IMG/VR virus record: IMGVR_UViG_3300032318_002198
Direction: 5' to 3' (one strand)
DNA: 64,000 nt
Source: a virus
Lineage: Duplodnaviria > Heunggongvirae > Uroviricota > Caudoviricetes
Position 1 is the stretch's first letter. Every line of letters begins with the position of its first letter. This document shows positions 40,638 to 48,981 of this stretch, one piece after another. The position numbers and the translations under genes were made by a program. Below the pieces are notes generated by a model. It saw nothing but the letters and a program-made list of their open reading frames with translations, was not told where the DNA came from and did no database searches.

Positions 40638-41727
40638 AAATGTTAAAATTACAAATAGAAGATTAAGTATTAATCTTCCTCGAGGAAATTTAAAAACCTT
40701 TACCGATAGACTAGATGTTTGTAAATATACATTATCAAGCTATACAGCATTGCTGCCCTTACTCAGTAAAGTAATTTTGTACATAGATTTAAAAAATACA
40801 GAGTATTCCGGACAAGAAGAAAATTTAGAAAAATTTATCAGAAATTTATTTCCCGAAGATAAACTCTTATTAAGATGGTTCAGAAATGACACCTTTGAAG
40901 ATTGGAAAAATTCTTGTGAAAAAGATATTTTTCCTATAGATGACAATTTAATTATGAATGTTACCAACGACGATCATGTCTTCATTGATAGCAATCTTGA
41001 TTCATTACAAGAATGTTTAAATAGTCTTTCCGAATGTCAAGATCCGTATGTTAATATGATGTATAGCCATTGGCCGGAATCCATTAGAATATCTGCATCT
41101 AAAAGTTGTCCAAAATATTTTAATGAAAATACTACAATTGGACACCATCGGTCTGTTGAAAGTTTTGATATTTTAAAAAAAGAAAGGTGGAAACACTATT
41201 GGTTTGATCATACTGGTCCAATAACCGTGAGACCTTTTTTTAGACCTGAATCTTTAATCGACAACGGAATTCATGTCTTACCGAATGGTACAACAATGTT
41301 ATTTCCTACCAAAGAAATATTTAGGCATTTTGATGGTTACAATCATGCTTATAATATGTTTCATTTGTGCCCTCCTTTAGAAATACCGGAAGGTTTTTTT
41401 GAAAATAAAATAAAAATAAGATACGGATATAACCAAGCTTGTCCGGGATGGGTTAATATTAATCCATCATACCCAAATTATAAAGCTATTGATGCCAACG
41501 GTGTAGATTTTAAAATTACATTAAACGATATACCTTTGTTCTGGAGAGATAAAATAGAAACCATTGATATTAATCCAGATTGTAATCAAGAACAATTAAA
41601 AGAACTTCGAGATGAAAATTTATATAATCTAGCATCTAATTTTATTGGCATAACACACAATAAATATCCTAAATCATTTTTTAAAAAACACTATCTAAGT
41701 AATAAATGGAAAACCTTAGAGGTATAA
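40624..41727 (+). CDS. hypothetical protein of glycosylation cluster
   Basis: NDDHVF motif; context. Confidence 0.5.
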   Translation: MILVENVKITNRRLSINLPRGNLKTFTDRLDVCKYTLSSYTALLPLLSKVILYIDLKNTEYSGQEENLEKFIRNLFPEDKLLLRWFRNDTFEDWKNSCEKDIFPIDDNLIMNVTNDDHVFIDSNLDSLQECLNSLSECQDPYVNMMYSHWPESIRISASKSCPKYFNENTTIGHHRSVESFDILKKERWKHYWFDHTGPITVRPFFRPESLIDNGIHVLPNGTTMLFPTKEIFRHFDGYNHAYNMFHLCPPLEIPEGFFENKIKIRYGYNQACPGWVNINPSYPNYKAIDANGVDFKITLNDIPLFWRDKIETIDINPDCNQEQLKELRDENLYNLASNFIGITHNKYPKSFFKKHYLSNKWKTLEV

Positions 41728-42846
41728 ATGAAAAAAATAAACAGAAATAAATGTATTATTAATAAGTTGGAATCAGTTAAAGGCATATATACCTTTAAAA
41801 AATTTCCAATTTTAATGTGTCCGACAGAATCAAACGATCAATCAAAGGATGTATTTGAAGATATGGAATGGGGAGCTTCGACTTCTGGATACATACAACT
41901 TATGAAATTAATAGATCCAAGAATGATATATAATACCTATCATACTTCTGGTATAGTTGGAAATATTTGGAAAGAACATCATACAAACTTTTTTAATTTT
42001 ATAAATTCTAACACCTACGAACAGGTGTTAGAAATTGGCGGCTCTACAGGAAACTTAGCATCTAATTTTTGTAAAACTGATAGAAATTTTTCATATTGTA
42101 TAATTGAACCTAACTTACTTGAAAAAAAAGTAAACGACAATCGTATTAATATTATAAAAGGATTTTTTGAAGAATTTAAATTTGATCAAAAATTTGATAC
42201 AATCATACATTCTCACTGTTTTGAACATGTCTACGACCCTATTAAATTTTTAAAAAAAATTAATAAACAATTAAAGGATAATGGATCACATTATATATCA
42301 ATACCAAATATGCACTATTGGCTGAAAAATAATTATACCAATGTATTACATTTTGAACATACCTTTTATGTAGATGACCTGGTACTTGAATATCTATTGA
42401 ATTTAACAGGTTTTAAAATTATAGATAAAATCATCAATCCTCATTCGATACTAATACATTCAAAAAAATCAAAAAATATGGACAATACAAAAAATATAAA
42501 TTTTGGATATATAAAGGAGCTATTTGAAAACTATATACAAAATATCCAACAAGATGTAAAATACATAAATTATGAACTAGCTGGAAGAAAATTTTATATG
42601 TTTGGCGGACATGTCTTTTCACAATTCTATATTAATCAAGGGATAGATCAAACTCAAATAGAGTTTTTATTAGACAATGATACAAATAAACAAGATAAAA
42701 GATTGTATGGAACGAATTGTTATATAAAATCTCCTTCGATTGTAAAAAACAAAATTAACCCATTGATTGTTGTTCGAGCCGGATCATACACTGAAGAAAT
42801 AAAAGAAAGTATTTTAAAAATTAACGATTCAACAATTTTTATTTAA
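41728..42846 (+). CDS. SAM-dependent (sugar C-)methyltransferase
   Basis: LEIGGSTG, HCFEH, FEHTFY, LLDND..KQDKRLYG. Confidence 0.75.
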   Translation: MKKINRNKCIINKLESVKGIYTFKKFPILMCPTESNDQSKDVFEDMEWGASTSGYIQLMKLIDPRMIYNTYHTSGIVGNIWKEHHTNFFNFINSNTYEQVLEIGGSTGNLASNFCKTDRNFSYCIIEPNLLEKKVNDNRINIIKGFFEEFKFDQKFDTIIHSHCFEHVYDPIKFLKKINKQLKDNGSHYISIPNMHYWLKNNYTNVLHFEHTFYVDDLVLEYLLNLTGFKIIDKIINPHSILIHSKKSKNMDNTKNINFGYIKELFENYIQNIQQDVKYINYELAGRKFYMFGGHVFSQFYINQGIDQTQIEFLLDNDTNKQDKRLYGTNCYIKSPSIVKNKINPLIVVRAGSYTEEIKESILKINDSTIFI

Positions 42847-43030
42847 AAAATATTGACACAAATCATAAATAAATATACAATCAGCGTTAAGTTAGATAGA
42901 TAGTTGAAAGATAACTTTTTTATCCAAAAAGACAAAAAAGTGTTGACAGCGAGACTAAATAACTATAGAATAGATGCATGCGTTAGAGATAACGCAGTAA
43001 TTTTTGAAAGTAAACAAGAGAGAGAAAAAC

Positions 43031-43162
43031 ATGAACTTTAGTGCGAATCATTCATATCAACTACAAGCCAAACAGGCAGGCTTTATGCCCACCTATTGGT
43101 CTGCGATTGAAAGTAATGATCGTACACCAGAGATCGTGGGGTCCCAGGAGACCAAAGTGTAA
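43031..43162 (+). CDS. 43-aa leader-like peptide followed by terminator
   Basis: MNFSANHSYQLQAKQAGFMPTYWSAIESNDRTPEIVGSQETKV*; hairpin CCTCAGG/CCTGGGG-TTTTT at 43188-43215. Confidence 0.5.
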   Translation: MNFSANHSYQLQAKQAGFMPTYWSAIESNDRTPEIVGSQETKV

Positions 43163-43433
43163 ACAAACACTAACAAACTCCAAAGGACCTCAGGATTAAC
43201 AACCCTGGGGTTTTTGTTTATGTGAAGGAAAAATGACAGAGAGTATTATTGAACAATTTTTGAAACAGAGTAGAGCTTACTTTGGACAGCCATCGTAAGT
43301 TGCTCAAAAGTGTGATGAGTCTAAACAACTCAGCAGGAACGTAGCCTGTGCGGCGCACTTAAAACATGTCGTGAAAGAGGGCGTGCCGAGGGATGAGAAG
43401 GCTGTGGCGATAACACAGTTGGTAAAAACTCGG

Positions 43434-43500
43434 ATAGTAAAGCACATTGGGCTGGTCGTAAACTCGTCGTTGGACTTTAAGACTTGGTGTGCTTTACTAT
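43434..43500 (+). ncRNA. CACATT/GTGTG stem RNA family, copy 1
   Basis: ATAGTAAAGCACATT...GGTGTGCTTTACTAT. Confidence 0.6.
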
Positions 43501-43553
43501 ACACATTCTCATTTCCGCCCCTGACGCGGTCAAAACGCATAGCGGAGAGTGTG
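43501..43553 (+). ncRNA. CACATT/AGTGTG stem RNA family, copy 2
   Basis: ACACATTCTC...GAGAGTGTGT with inner CCGC/GCGG. Confidence 0.55.
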
Positions 43554-43564
43554 TTAACAAATTT

Positions 43565-43651
43565 GGGAGTTGCCCCGGTCGGCGGTCTGTAAAACCGTTC
43601 CTGAAAGATCGGAAGTCAAGGTGTGTGGAGCGTTACCATCAACTCCCACCA
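43565..43651 (+). tRNA. tRNA-Tyr(GTA)
   Basis: GGGAGTT/AACTCCC, GCGGT-CTGTAAA-ACCGT, long variable arm, CCA. Confidence 0.8.
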
Positions 43652-43657
43652 AATTAT

Positions 43658-43736
43658 CCGAGTATAGGCTAGTCAGGTTTAAGTCGTCTGCTTTGGGAGC
43701 AGAAAATCGGGAGTTCGAATCTCTCTACTCGGACCA
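43658..43736 (+). tRNA. tRNA-Pro(TGG)
   Basis: TCTGC-TTTGGGA-GCAGA, CCA. Confidence 0.92.
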
Positions 43737-43742
43737 TTTTTA

Positions 43743-43818
43743 GGAGCAGTAACATAGCGGCTAATGTATCTCCCTGTCTAGGAGAATATCGTGGGTTCGA
43801 GTCCCATCTGCTTCGCCA
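43743..43818 (+). tRNA. tRNA-Asp(GTC)
   Basis: TCTCC-CTGTCTA-GGAGA, CCA. Confidence 0.9.
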
Positions 43819-43824
43819 ATTTTT

Positions 43825-43889
43825 AGGATGCTTACAGCAAACTTTTATACATCAAACTTGTAATTTGAAACGTAAAAAAGCATCCTGTT
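43825..43889 (+). ncRNA. CAGCAA anticodon-stem-loop RNA, copy 1 (loop CT-TGT-AA)
   Basis: AGGATGCT/AGCATCCT closing stem, TACAGCAA, TCAAA/TTTGA hairpin. Confidence 0.7.
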
Positions 43890-43896
43890 GTATTAT

Positions 43897-43970
43897 AGAT
43901 CGCAAGCATTAAGGTGATGCAGTAGGCTCTTAACCTACAGAACACGGTCCAATACCGTGGCGTTCTACCA
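43897..43970 (+). tRNA. tRNA-Lys(CTT)
   Basis: GTAGG-CTCTTAA-CCTAC, CCA. Confidence 0.85.
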
Positions 43971-43978
43971 AATAATAA

Positions 43979-44054
43979 CTCGGATTGGGATAATAGGAAG
44001 TCCACTACGTTTGGGGCGTAGAAGGTGCAGGTTCGAAGCCTGTGTCCGAGACCC
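43979..44054 (+). tRNA. tRNA-Pro(TGG), second copy, ends ACCC
   Basis: CTCGGAT/GTCCGAG, CTACG-TTTGGGG-CGTAG. Confidence 0.8.
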
Positions 44055-44107
44055 TTGAGTCGATGTCAAGACTCGAACTTGTATAAATAAGAACACAGGA
44101 GGCATCT

Positions 44108-44758
44108 ATGTTCTATACAATATACAAGATAACAAATCAGATCAATGGCAAGTTCTATATAGGAAGTCATAAGACCAAAAATTTGAATGACGGATACATG
44201 GGCTCAGGTAAGTACTTAAAATACGCAAAAGAAAAATATGGTATAACAAATTTTACAAAAGAAATTTTGTTCATATTTGATACTCCTGAGCAAATGTATG
44301 CTAAAGAATCCGAAATAGTAAATGAAGAATTCCTCGCAACAGAAAATACCTATAATCTAAAAGTAGGAGGATTTGGCGGTTTTGATTACATTAACGCTAA
44401 TCCTGAAAAATATCTTACCGAAAAAAGATTATCTGCATTAATGCCACAGTCTGAAAGACTTAGGAGGTATAAAGAAAAATTAGATAATGATCCTAAATTT
44501 AGGGAGGAACAGGCGGGACGTATGAAAATCGCTCGAGAAAAATGGTCTCGTAAATACCCGCAAGGTGTTTGGTTAGGTAGAAAACATAGTAAAGAAACAT
44601 TGGCTAAATTAAAAAATTCTGCGAAAGGTAAAGGTCTCGGAGAAAAAAACTCACAATTTGGTACAATGTGGATTACAGACGGAATAAAAAATAAAAAAAT
44701 TAAAAAAGACAAGTTAGTTCCTGAAGGATGGAAATTAGGGCGTGTTTTAAAATCGTAA
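44108..44758 (+). CDS. GIY-YIG homing endonuclease with NUMOD3-like repeats
   Basis: FYTIYKITNQINGKFYIGSH..YMGSG; HSKETLAKL; TATAAATA and RBS-occluding hairpin at 44062-44106. Confidence 0.9.
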   Translation: MFYTIYKITNQINGKFYIGSHKTKNLNDGYMGSGKYLKYAKEKYGITNFTKEILFIFDTPEQMYAKESEIVNEEFLATENTYNLKVGGFGGFDYINANPEKYLTEKRLSALMPQSERLRRYKEKLDNDPKFREEQAGRMKIAREKWSRKYPQGVWLGRKHSKETLAKLKNSAKGKGLGEKNSQFGTMWITDGIKNKKIKKDKLVPEGWKLGRVLKS

Positions 44759-44761
44759 AAT

Positions 44762-44852
44762 TCACCGTAGGTATGGTGCCCCGGAACAGCGCGCAGCCGG
44801 TGAGGTTCGAGTCCTCTAGGTAAGTCAGGCTCGACTCCTGAACGGTGAGCCC
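44762..44852 (+). ncRNA. tRNA-like RNA with two T-arms
   Basis: TCACCGT/ACGGTGA acceptor-like stem; GAGG-TTCGAGT-CCTC and CAGG-CTCGACT-CCTG. Confidence 0.5.
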
Positions 44853-44938
44853 ATATTGAAGCACATTCTACCCATCTGTGGCACGGAACGGAGTCGTCAC
44901 AGAATGGAGAACAGACCTGTTTGAGTGTGTTTCAATAT
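44853..44938 (+). ncRNA. CACATT/AGTGTG stem RNA family, copy 3
   Basis: ATATTGAAGCACATT...AGTGTGTTTCAATAT. Confidence 0.6.
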
Positions 44939-44947
44939 GGCTAGACG

Positions 44948-45091
44948 ATAGTTTTGAGTCCCACCCAACCTAGCATGAGGGCTCACTTATGCGACTACAA
45001 CAGAGTGGTTGAACAGTGGTATCTGACTTGACTATCGAGACAATCCATCGAGGCCTACAATAGGGTAGGATAAGTGGGCTGCCAGAACTAT
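44948..45091 (+). ncRNA. unidentified structured RNA
   Basis: ATAGTTTT/AGAACTAT and GCTCACTTAT/ATAAGTGGGC nested stems. Confidence 0.4.
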
Positions 45092-45094
45092 ATT

Positions 45095-45129
45095 GGGGGA
45101 TAGGGACGCTGGGCGTTAACTGGTCTTGA
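45095..45129 (+). pseudogene. 5' half of tRNA-Ser(TGA), broken after the anticodon
   Basis: GGGGGATAGGGACGCTGGGCGTTAACTGGTCTTGA parallels 45741-45775. Confidence 0.85.
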
Positions 45130-45157
45130 CTTGTATAAATACAAGTAGGAGAAATAA

Positions 45158-45739
45158 ATGTATACTTGTAAATATTGTGGTAGAATTACAGAATCAGTAA
45201 ATTCAAATAGTAATCATCAGATTAGGTGTTCTTCAAATTCTGAAAGGTCTGTACAGAGGTCTGCAACCGGAAGACCTCTTGGTACTAAGGTCCTATCGTT
45301 AGTTGGAAAAAAATGGGGTGCAGCAATCAATGGTCATACTATCGAAACTAAACAGCGTTTATCAGTGATTGCAAAAGAACGGAATCTTGGAGGTTATGTA
45401 CAAGGGTCCGGAAGAGGCAAAAAGGGTTGGTACAAAGGATTCTTTTGTGATAGTAGTTGGGAACTTGCTTACGTTGTTTACTGTTTAGAACACAATATAG
45501 ACATTAAACGAAATACAGAGAAGCGACAATATATCTGGCAAGGAGTAGTTAAAAACTACCTACCAGATTTTATAGTTGAAGGAACTTTAACAGAAGTTAA
45601 AGGATATAAGACAGAACAATGGTTGGCAAAGTTAAAAGCAAATCCGGATGTTCGAGTTTTATACGAAAAAGACTTAGAACCTGTACTTGAATATGTTAAA
45701 GGCAAGTACGGAAAAGACTTCATAAATCTTTACGAATAA
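45158..45739 (+). CDS. PD-(D/E)XK (TnsA-like) homing endonuclease
   Basis: Zn-finger CKYC; DSSWEL...YLPDF...EVKGY. Confidence 0.75.
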   Translation: MYTCKYCGRITESVNSNSNHQIRCSSNSERSVQRSATGRPLGTKVLSLVGKKWGAAINGHTIETKQRLSVIAKERNLGGYVQGSGRGKKGWYKGFFCDSSWELAYVVYCLEHNIDIKRNTEKRQYIWQGVVKNYLPDFIVEGTLTEVKGYKTEQWLAKLKANPDVRVLYEKDLEPVLEYVKGKYGKDFINLYE

Positions 45740-45740
45740 C

Positions 45741-45827
45741 GGGGGATAGGGGGCTTGGAGCCTAACTGGTCTTGAAAACCAGCCCACTTAGGGATAGGTG
45801 ATTGTTCGATTCAATTATCCTCCGCCA
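45741..45827 (+). tRNA. tRNA-Ser(TGA)
   Basis: CTGGT-CTTGAAA-ACCAG, long variable arm, GCCA. Confidence 0.88.
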
Positions 45828-45886
45828 AATACTTTGACTTTACTGTTTAAGATAAGCATAATTATATTATACATATAGGAAAAATT

Positions 45887-46438
45887 ATGCTTGAAAATAA
45901 ACACAGTAAATTAATGAAAGAAGTAGTATGTAAATTCCATCCAGAATTTGTTAAAAGTGCCGATCTAAGAGATTATGGTACAAGGTACCCGGAAATTTTT
46001 AATATCGAACGTCTTGTAGAAGAAAGCCTAGCAGCAACTGGAGGCTATAATTTTGTTGACGAAGCTGGTAGAGATTTTGACGATACTGACAATAGCGATA
46101 GCAAAACAACCACTGTCGTGAACAATGACAAAGAGGGTTCAAGCAAAGTCTTCATTGTTAGCAATGTACAAACAAAGATAGGAAGCCTGAGAATTACATG
46201 CTTTAATCCTTTTAGTGATAAGGTAGATTACTTTTATGTACCGTCAGATCAGCGTGTTGTGCTGCAAGAAAATGATGGCAGTAAATACAGAGAACAGACA
46301 GGACATTGCAAGAGAATTAGAACGGTTTGGAGTGAGAAAACTGATTACTACAATAAGTTAGAAAACTTCAGAGTCGGAGATTTTGTTACTCTAGCAACAA
46401 GTAAAGATAAACAGAATATTGACACTCACCACGAATAA
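45887..46438 (+). CDS. hypothetical protein with own sigma70-like promoter
   Basis: ORF; TTGACT...CATAAT upstream. Confidence 0.65.
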   Translation: MLENKHSKLMKEVVCKFHPEFVKSADLRDYGTRYPEIFNIERLVEESLAATGGYNFVDEAGRDFDDTDNSDSKTTTVVNNDKEGSSKVFIVSNVQTKIGSLRITCFNPFSDKVDYFYVPSDQRVVLQENDGSKYREQTGHCKRIRTVWSEKTDYYNKLENFRVGDFVTLATSKDKQNIDTHHE

Positions 46439-46453
46439 ATATATAATATATAT

Positions 46454-46566
46454 TCGACCGTGAGTGGAATTGGCAGACCTCCGAAATTCCTATTATAGGG
46501 ATAAGGGACGGGATACACGACTTAGTCAAAGTATCTTTGTAGGTTCGAAACCTACCGGTCGGACCC
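46454..46566 (+). tRNA. tRNA-Leu-like RNA with aberrant enlarged anticodon arm (no readable anticodon)
   Basis: TCGACCG/CGGTCGG, GGAATTGGCAGAC D-loop, GTAGG-TTCGAAA-CCTAC T-arm, long variable arm. Confidence 0.5.
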
Positions 46567-46593
46567 ATTTAGATCGATAAGTAAATATATATT

Positions 46594-46683
46594 GGAACGG
46601 TCCCATAATGGTATTGGAGAGGATTGCTAATCCTTCGAGTTACGAAAGTAGCTTTCTGAGTTCGAGTCTCAGTCGTTCCGCCA
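46594..46683 (+). tRNA. tRNA-Ser(GCT)
   Basis: GAGGA-TTGCTAA-TCCTT, long variable arm, GCCA. Confidence 0.9.
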
Positions 46684-46691
46684 AACAATTT

Positions 46692-46722
46692 GCGGGTATG
46701 ATGTAAAGGTAACCTGAAACCT
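46692..46722 (+). pseudogene. 5' half of split tRNA-Gly
   Basis: GCGGGTA acceptor strand pairs with TACCCGC at 47262-47268. Confidence 0.85.
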
Positions 46723-46759
46723 ACGGTAAAGTATAAATACTAGTAGGAGATAGGTTACC

Positions 46760-47152
46760 ATGAAAACATATAACTGCGGACATTGCGGAATAGAATGTAA
46801 TTGGGCATATCAAGGCAACAATAAGTTTTGTAGTGTTCGATGTGCTCAAACATTTAGATCTTTAGAGCATAAGAAAAAATTCTTTTCTGGATTGTTAGAA
46901 AAACGAATAGATAGACCAACTGCTAGAAAATATCTAGCAGAGGCAAGAGGTTATAAGTGTGAGGTATGTAGCGTAAGTGATTGGCAAGGCAAGCCTATTA
47001 CTTTACACGTTGATCGTATAAACGGAGATCCGTCAAACGATCGCCCAGATAATTTAAGATTGATCTGCCCTAACTGTCACAGTCAAACCGAATTTCTTGG
47101 TGGTGCTAATAAAGGTAGAGGACGCGGTTCATTAGGAATCGCAAAGTATTAA
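46760..47152 (+). CDS. HNH endonuclease
   Basis: CEVC...LHVDRINGDPSND...NLRLICPNCHSQT; Arg at the usual first His position. Confidence 0.85.
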   Translation: MKTYNCGHCGIECNWAYQGNNKFCSVRCAQTFRSLEHKKKFFSGLLEKRIDRPTARKYLAEARGYKCEVCSVSDWQGKPITLHVDRINGDPSNDRPDNLRLICPNCHSQTEFLGGANKGRGRGSLGIAKY

Positions 47153-47154
47153 AT

Positions 47155-47230
47155 GCGGCTGTAGCTCAGTTGGTAGAGTACTTGCTTGCCAAGCAAGACG
47201 TCACGAGTTCGAACCTCGTTAGCCGCTCCA
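47155..47230 (+). tRNA. tRNA-Gly(GCC)
   Basis: CTTGC-TTGCCAA-GCAAG, TCCA. Confidence 0.95.
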
Positions 47231-47232
47231 AA

Positions 47233-47272
47233 CAAGGTGGGAGGAGGATTCACATTCTCCTTACCCGCTCCA
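47233..47272 (+). pseudogene. 3' half of split tRNA-Gly
   Basis: CAAGGT...T-arm-like GGAGGA/TTCTCC, TACCCGC-TCCA. Confidence 0.8.
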
Positions 47273-47278
47273 AATAAT

Positions 47279-47352
47279 GTCTCTCAAGCATTAAAGTGAT
47301 GTATCAGTCTCCAAAACTGAAGAACGCGGGGCGGTACCGTGGAGAGATGCCA
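47279..47352 (+). tRNA. tRNA-Trp(CCA)
   Basis: TCAGT-CTCCAAA-ACTGA, GCCA. Confidence 0.88.
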
Positions 47353-47368
47353 AAATTATAAATAGAAG

Positions 47369-47845
47369 ATGCGTATCAACGAAATATATTCACCTACTGT
47401 AGTATCCAAGTCAAAAATCCCAAATGCTGGGAATGGTCTGTTTGCAACGGAAAATATTCCAGCAGGAACATTGTTTGTTATAAACCCAATTATCACTATT
47501 AGTGAAAGTGATTGGAATAAGATTAAAGATACAGTTTTTGTAAAAAGAATGAGACTCAGTTGGACAAACAATGAAAAAGTTTTACCTGTTGGAAACATCG
47601 AGTATAAACTTTCTCCTGAAGATATTCCAGTATTTAGGTCAACTGATAGATTCAAAAATGGCGTATTTGTTAGTCCATTTTTACTTGTAAATCATAGTGA
47701 TGATCCAAATAGTGAACAAGTTATCGATGTTGCTCATAGAATGGTAGGATTAAGAGCCGTTAAGTTTATTGAGCAGGGTGAGGAAATAACAAAACGCTAC
47801 GACGGATTTGTTTCCAAGAAATCAGCATCGTTAGATTTTGATTAA
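47369..47845 (+). CDS. SET-domain lysine methyltransferase
   Basis: SKIPNAGNGLFA, VNHSDDPN, GEEITKRY. Confidence 0.85.
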   Translation: MRINEIYSPTVVSKSKIPNAGNGLFATENIPAGTLFVINPIITISESDWNKIKDTVFVKRMRLSWTNNEKVLPVGNIEYKLSPEDIPVFRSTDRFKNGVFVSPFLLVNHSDDPNSEQVIDVAHRMVGLRAVKFIEQGEEITKRYDGFVSKKSASLDFD

Positions 47846-47894
47846 AATAGATGGGCCAAAGGCTCGAGTCCTCGAAAGGACGCAAAAGTTTTTT

Positions 47895-47958
47895 AGGATG
47901 CTTACAGCAAACTTTATACATCAAACTGATAATTTGAAACGTAAAAAAGCATCCTGTT
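47895..47958 (+). ncRNA. CAGCAA anticodon-stem-loop RNA, copy 2 (loop CT-GAT-AA)
   Basis: Matches copy 1 except the anticodon triplet and one linker T. Confidence 0.7.
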
Positions 47959-47968
47959 GTATTTCTGT

Positions 47969-48043
47969 TGGGGGTAAATCGATTGGAGCAGATACTACTC
48001 TTTGAAAGTAGGTGACCAGGATCGTAACCTGGACCCCTAGCCC
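47969..48043 (+). tRNA. tRNA-Gln(TTG), ends GCCC
   Basis: CTACT-CTTTGAA-AGTAG. Confidence 0.82.
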
Positions 48044-48047
48044 GATA

Positions 48048-48914
48048 TTATTTAGAAATTAAATTTTCTACTTGAGATTTTATAAAATCTACTTCGCCAT
48101 AAAAAAGTGTGTTATTTTTAGAAATAGCATTTAATTTTTCTTGTGAAATTTTTATCTGATAAGAATTTTTTGGATCAAGATATACATTGTATTTTGTTAA
48201 ATAAAAATCCGGAAAATAGCGACGAAGTTTTCCGTTAGAATCAAACCATATAATATGTTTGGGTCTAACCCATTGTATTTGATGTGTGTCTAACCATTTT
48301 GCTATTTCTAATTCCCAGGAAGATTCTAATTTTAAAATCTCATTATTATGCAAATATTCGATAACAATCTTTCTATATGTTGAATTTTTTCTTTGACATT
48401 CAGGAGAACAAGTTTTTCTTAAAGTGTTTGCCCAAAACCAATTAGAACAACAAGCACAATAATTTCCGTATATTTTTGTGTAAGGACCATCTGCTCTAAA
48501 ATAGTTTCTTTGAGTTGATTTAACTTTCTTGATTTTAATAGGTTTAGGATCAATCCCTAATGTTTTAAAAAGAGTTAACCTTTGTTTTTCATAAACAGCA
48601 TAATTTCTATTTTTGTTATTAAAAGATGCATTGCAACTTCTACTACAAAACTTATTTTGCTTTTTATCATACGGCAACTGGACATTACAATTTTTACAAA
48701 GAGAACTATTTTTTAAATAATTTTCAATATTTTTTTCTAATACTTTTTTATTTTTAATTTTGTTATTATTTCTTGCATAATTATTTAAAGCAATAGTGCC
48801 TTTTTTCATATTTTTGATTTGTTCTTCATTGCCGTGAGAATGTAAGAAATGAGAAAAAATTCCTTTACTAGTTGTAAGTTTTTGACAGCAGATGCAGGAT
48901 GTAGGGTAAGTCAT
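48048..48914 (-). CDS. PD-(D/E)XK (TnsA-like) homing endonuclease, antisense
   Basis: Several Zn-finger CxxC motifs; LESSWEL...YFPDFYL...YLDPK. Confidence 0.75.
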   Translation of the reverse strand: MTYPTSCICCQKLTTSKGIFSHFLHSHGNEEQIKNMKKGTIALNNYARNNNKIKNKKVLEKNIENYLKNSSLCKNCNVQLPYDKKQNKFCSRSCNASFNNKNRNYAVYEKQRLTLFKTLGIDPKPIKIKKVKSTQRNYFRADGPYTKIYGNYCACCSNWFWANTLRKTCSPECQRKNSTYRKIVIEYLHNNEILKLESSWELEIAKWLDTHQIQWVRPKHIIWFDSNGKLRRYFPDFYLTKYNVYLDPKNSYQIKISQEKLNAISKNNTLFYGEVDFIKSQVENLISK

Positions 48915-48951
48915 AATATAATTAATGTTTATTAATATTTATCGTTTTAAT

Positions 48952-48975
48952 GTTCGATCCCTTCACCCTCTGCCA
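48952..48975 (+). pseudogene. orphan tRNA 3' fragment (T-loop plus acceptor strand)
   Basis: GTTCGATCCCTTC-ACCCTCT-GCCA. Confidence 0.7.
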
Positions 48976-48981
48976 AACAAT

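Noticed and set aside
43233-43672. ORFs 43304, 43371 and 43484 as proteins
   Set aside because: They run through stem-closed RNAs and tRNA-Tyr/Pro; a short ORF from 43233 stops early, so no reliable CDS was called.
44762-44852. tRNA-Sec or tRNA-Ala(CGC)
   Set aside because: No TCA anticodon, no 7-nt loop geometry, and the extra arm is a second T-arm.
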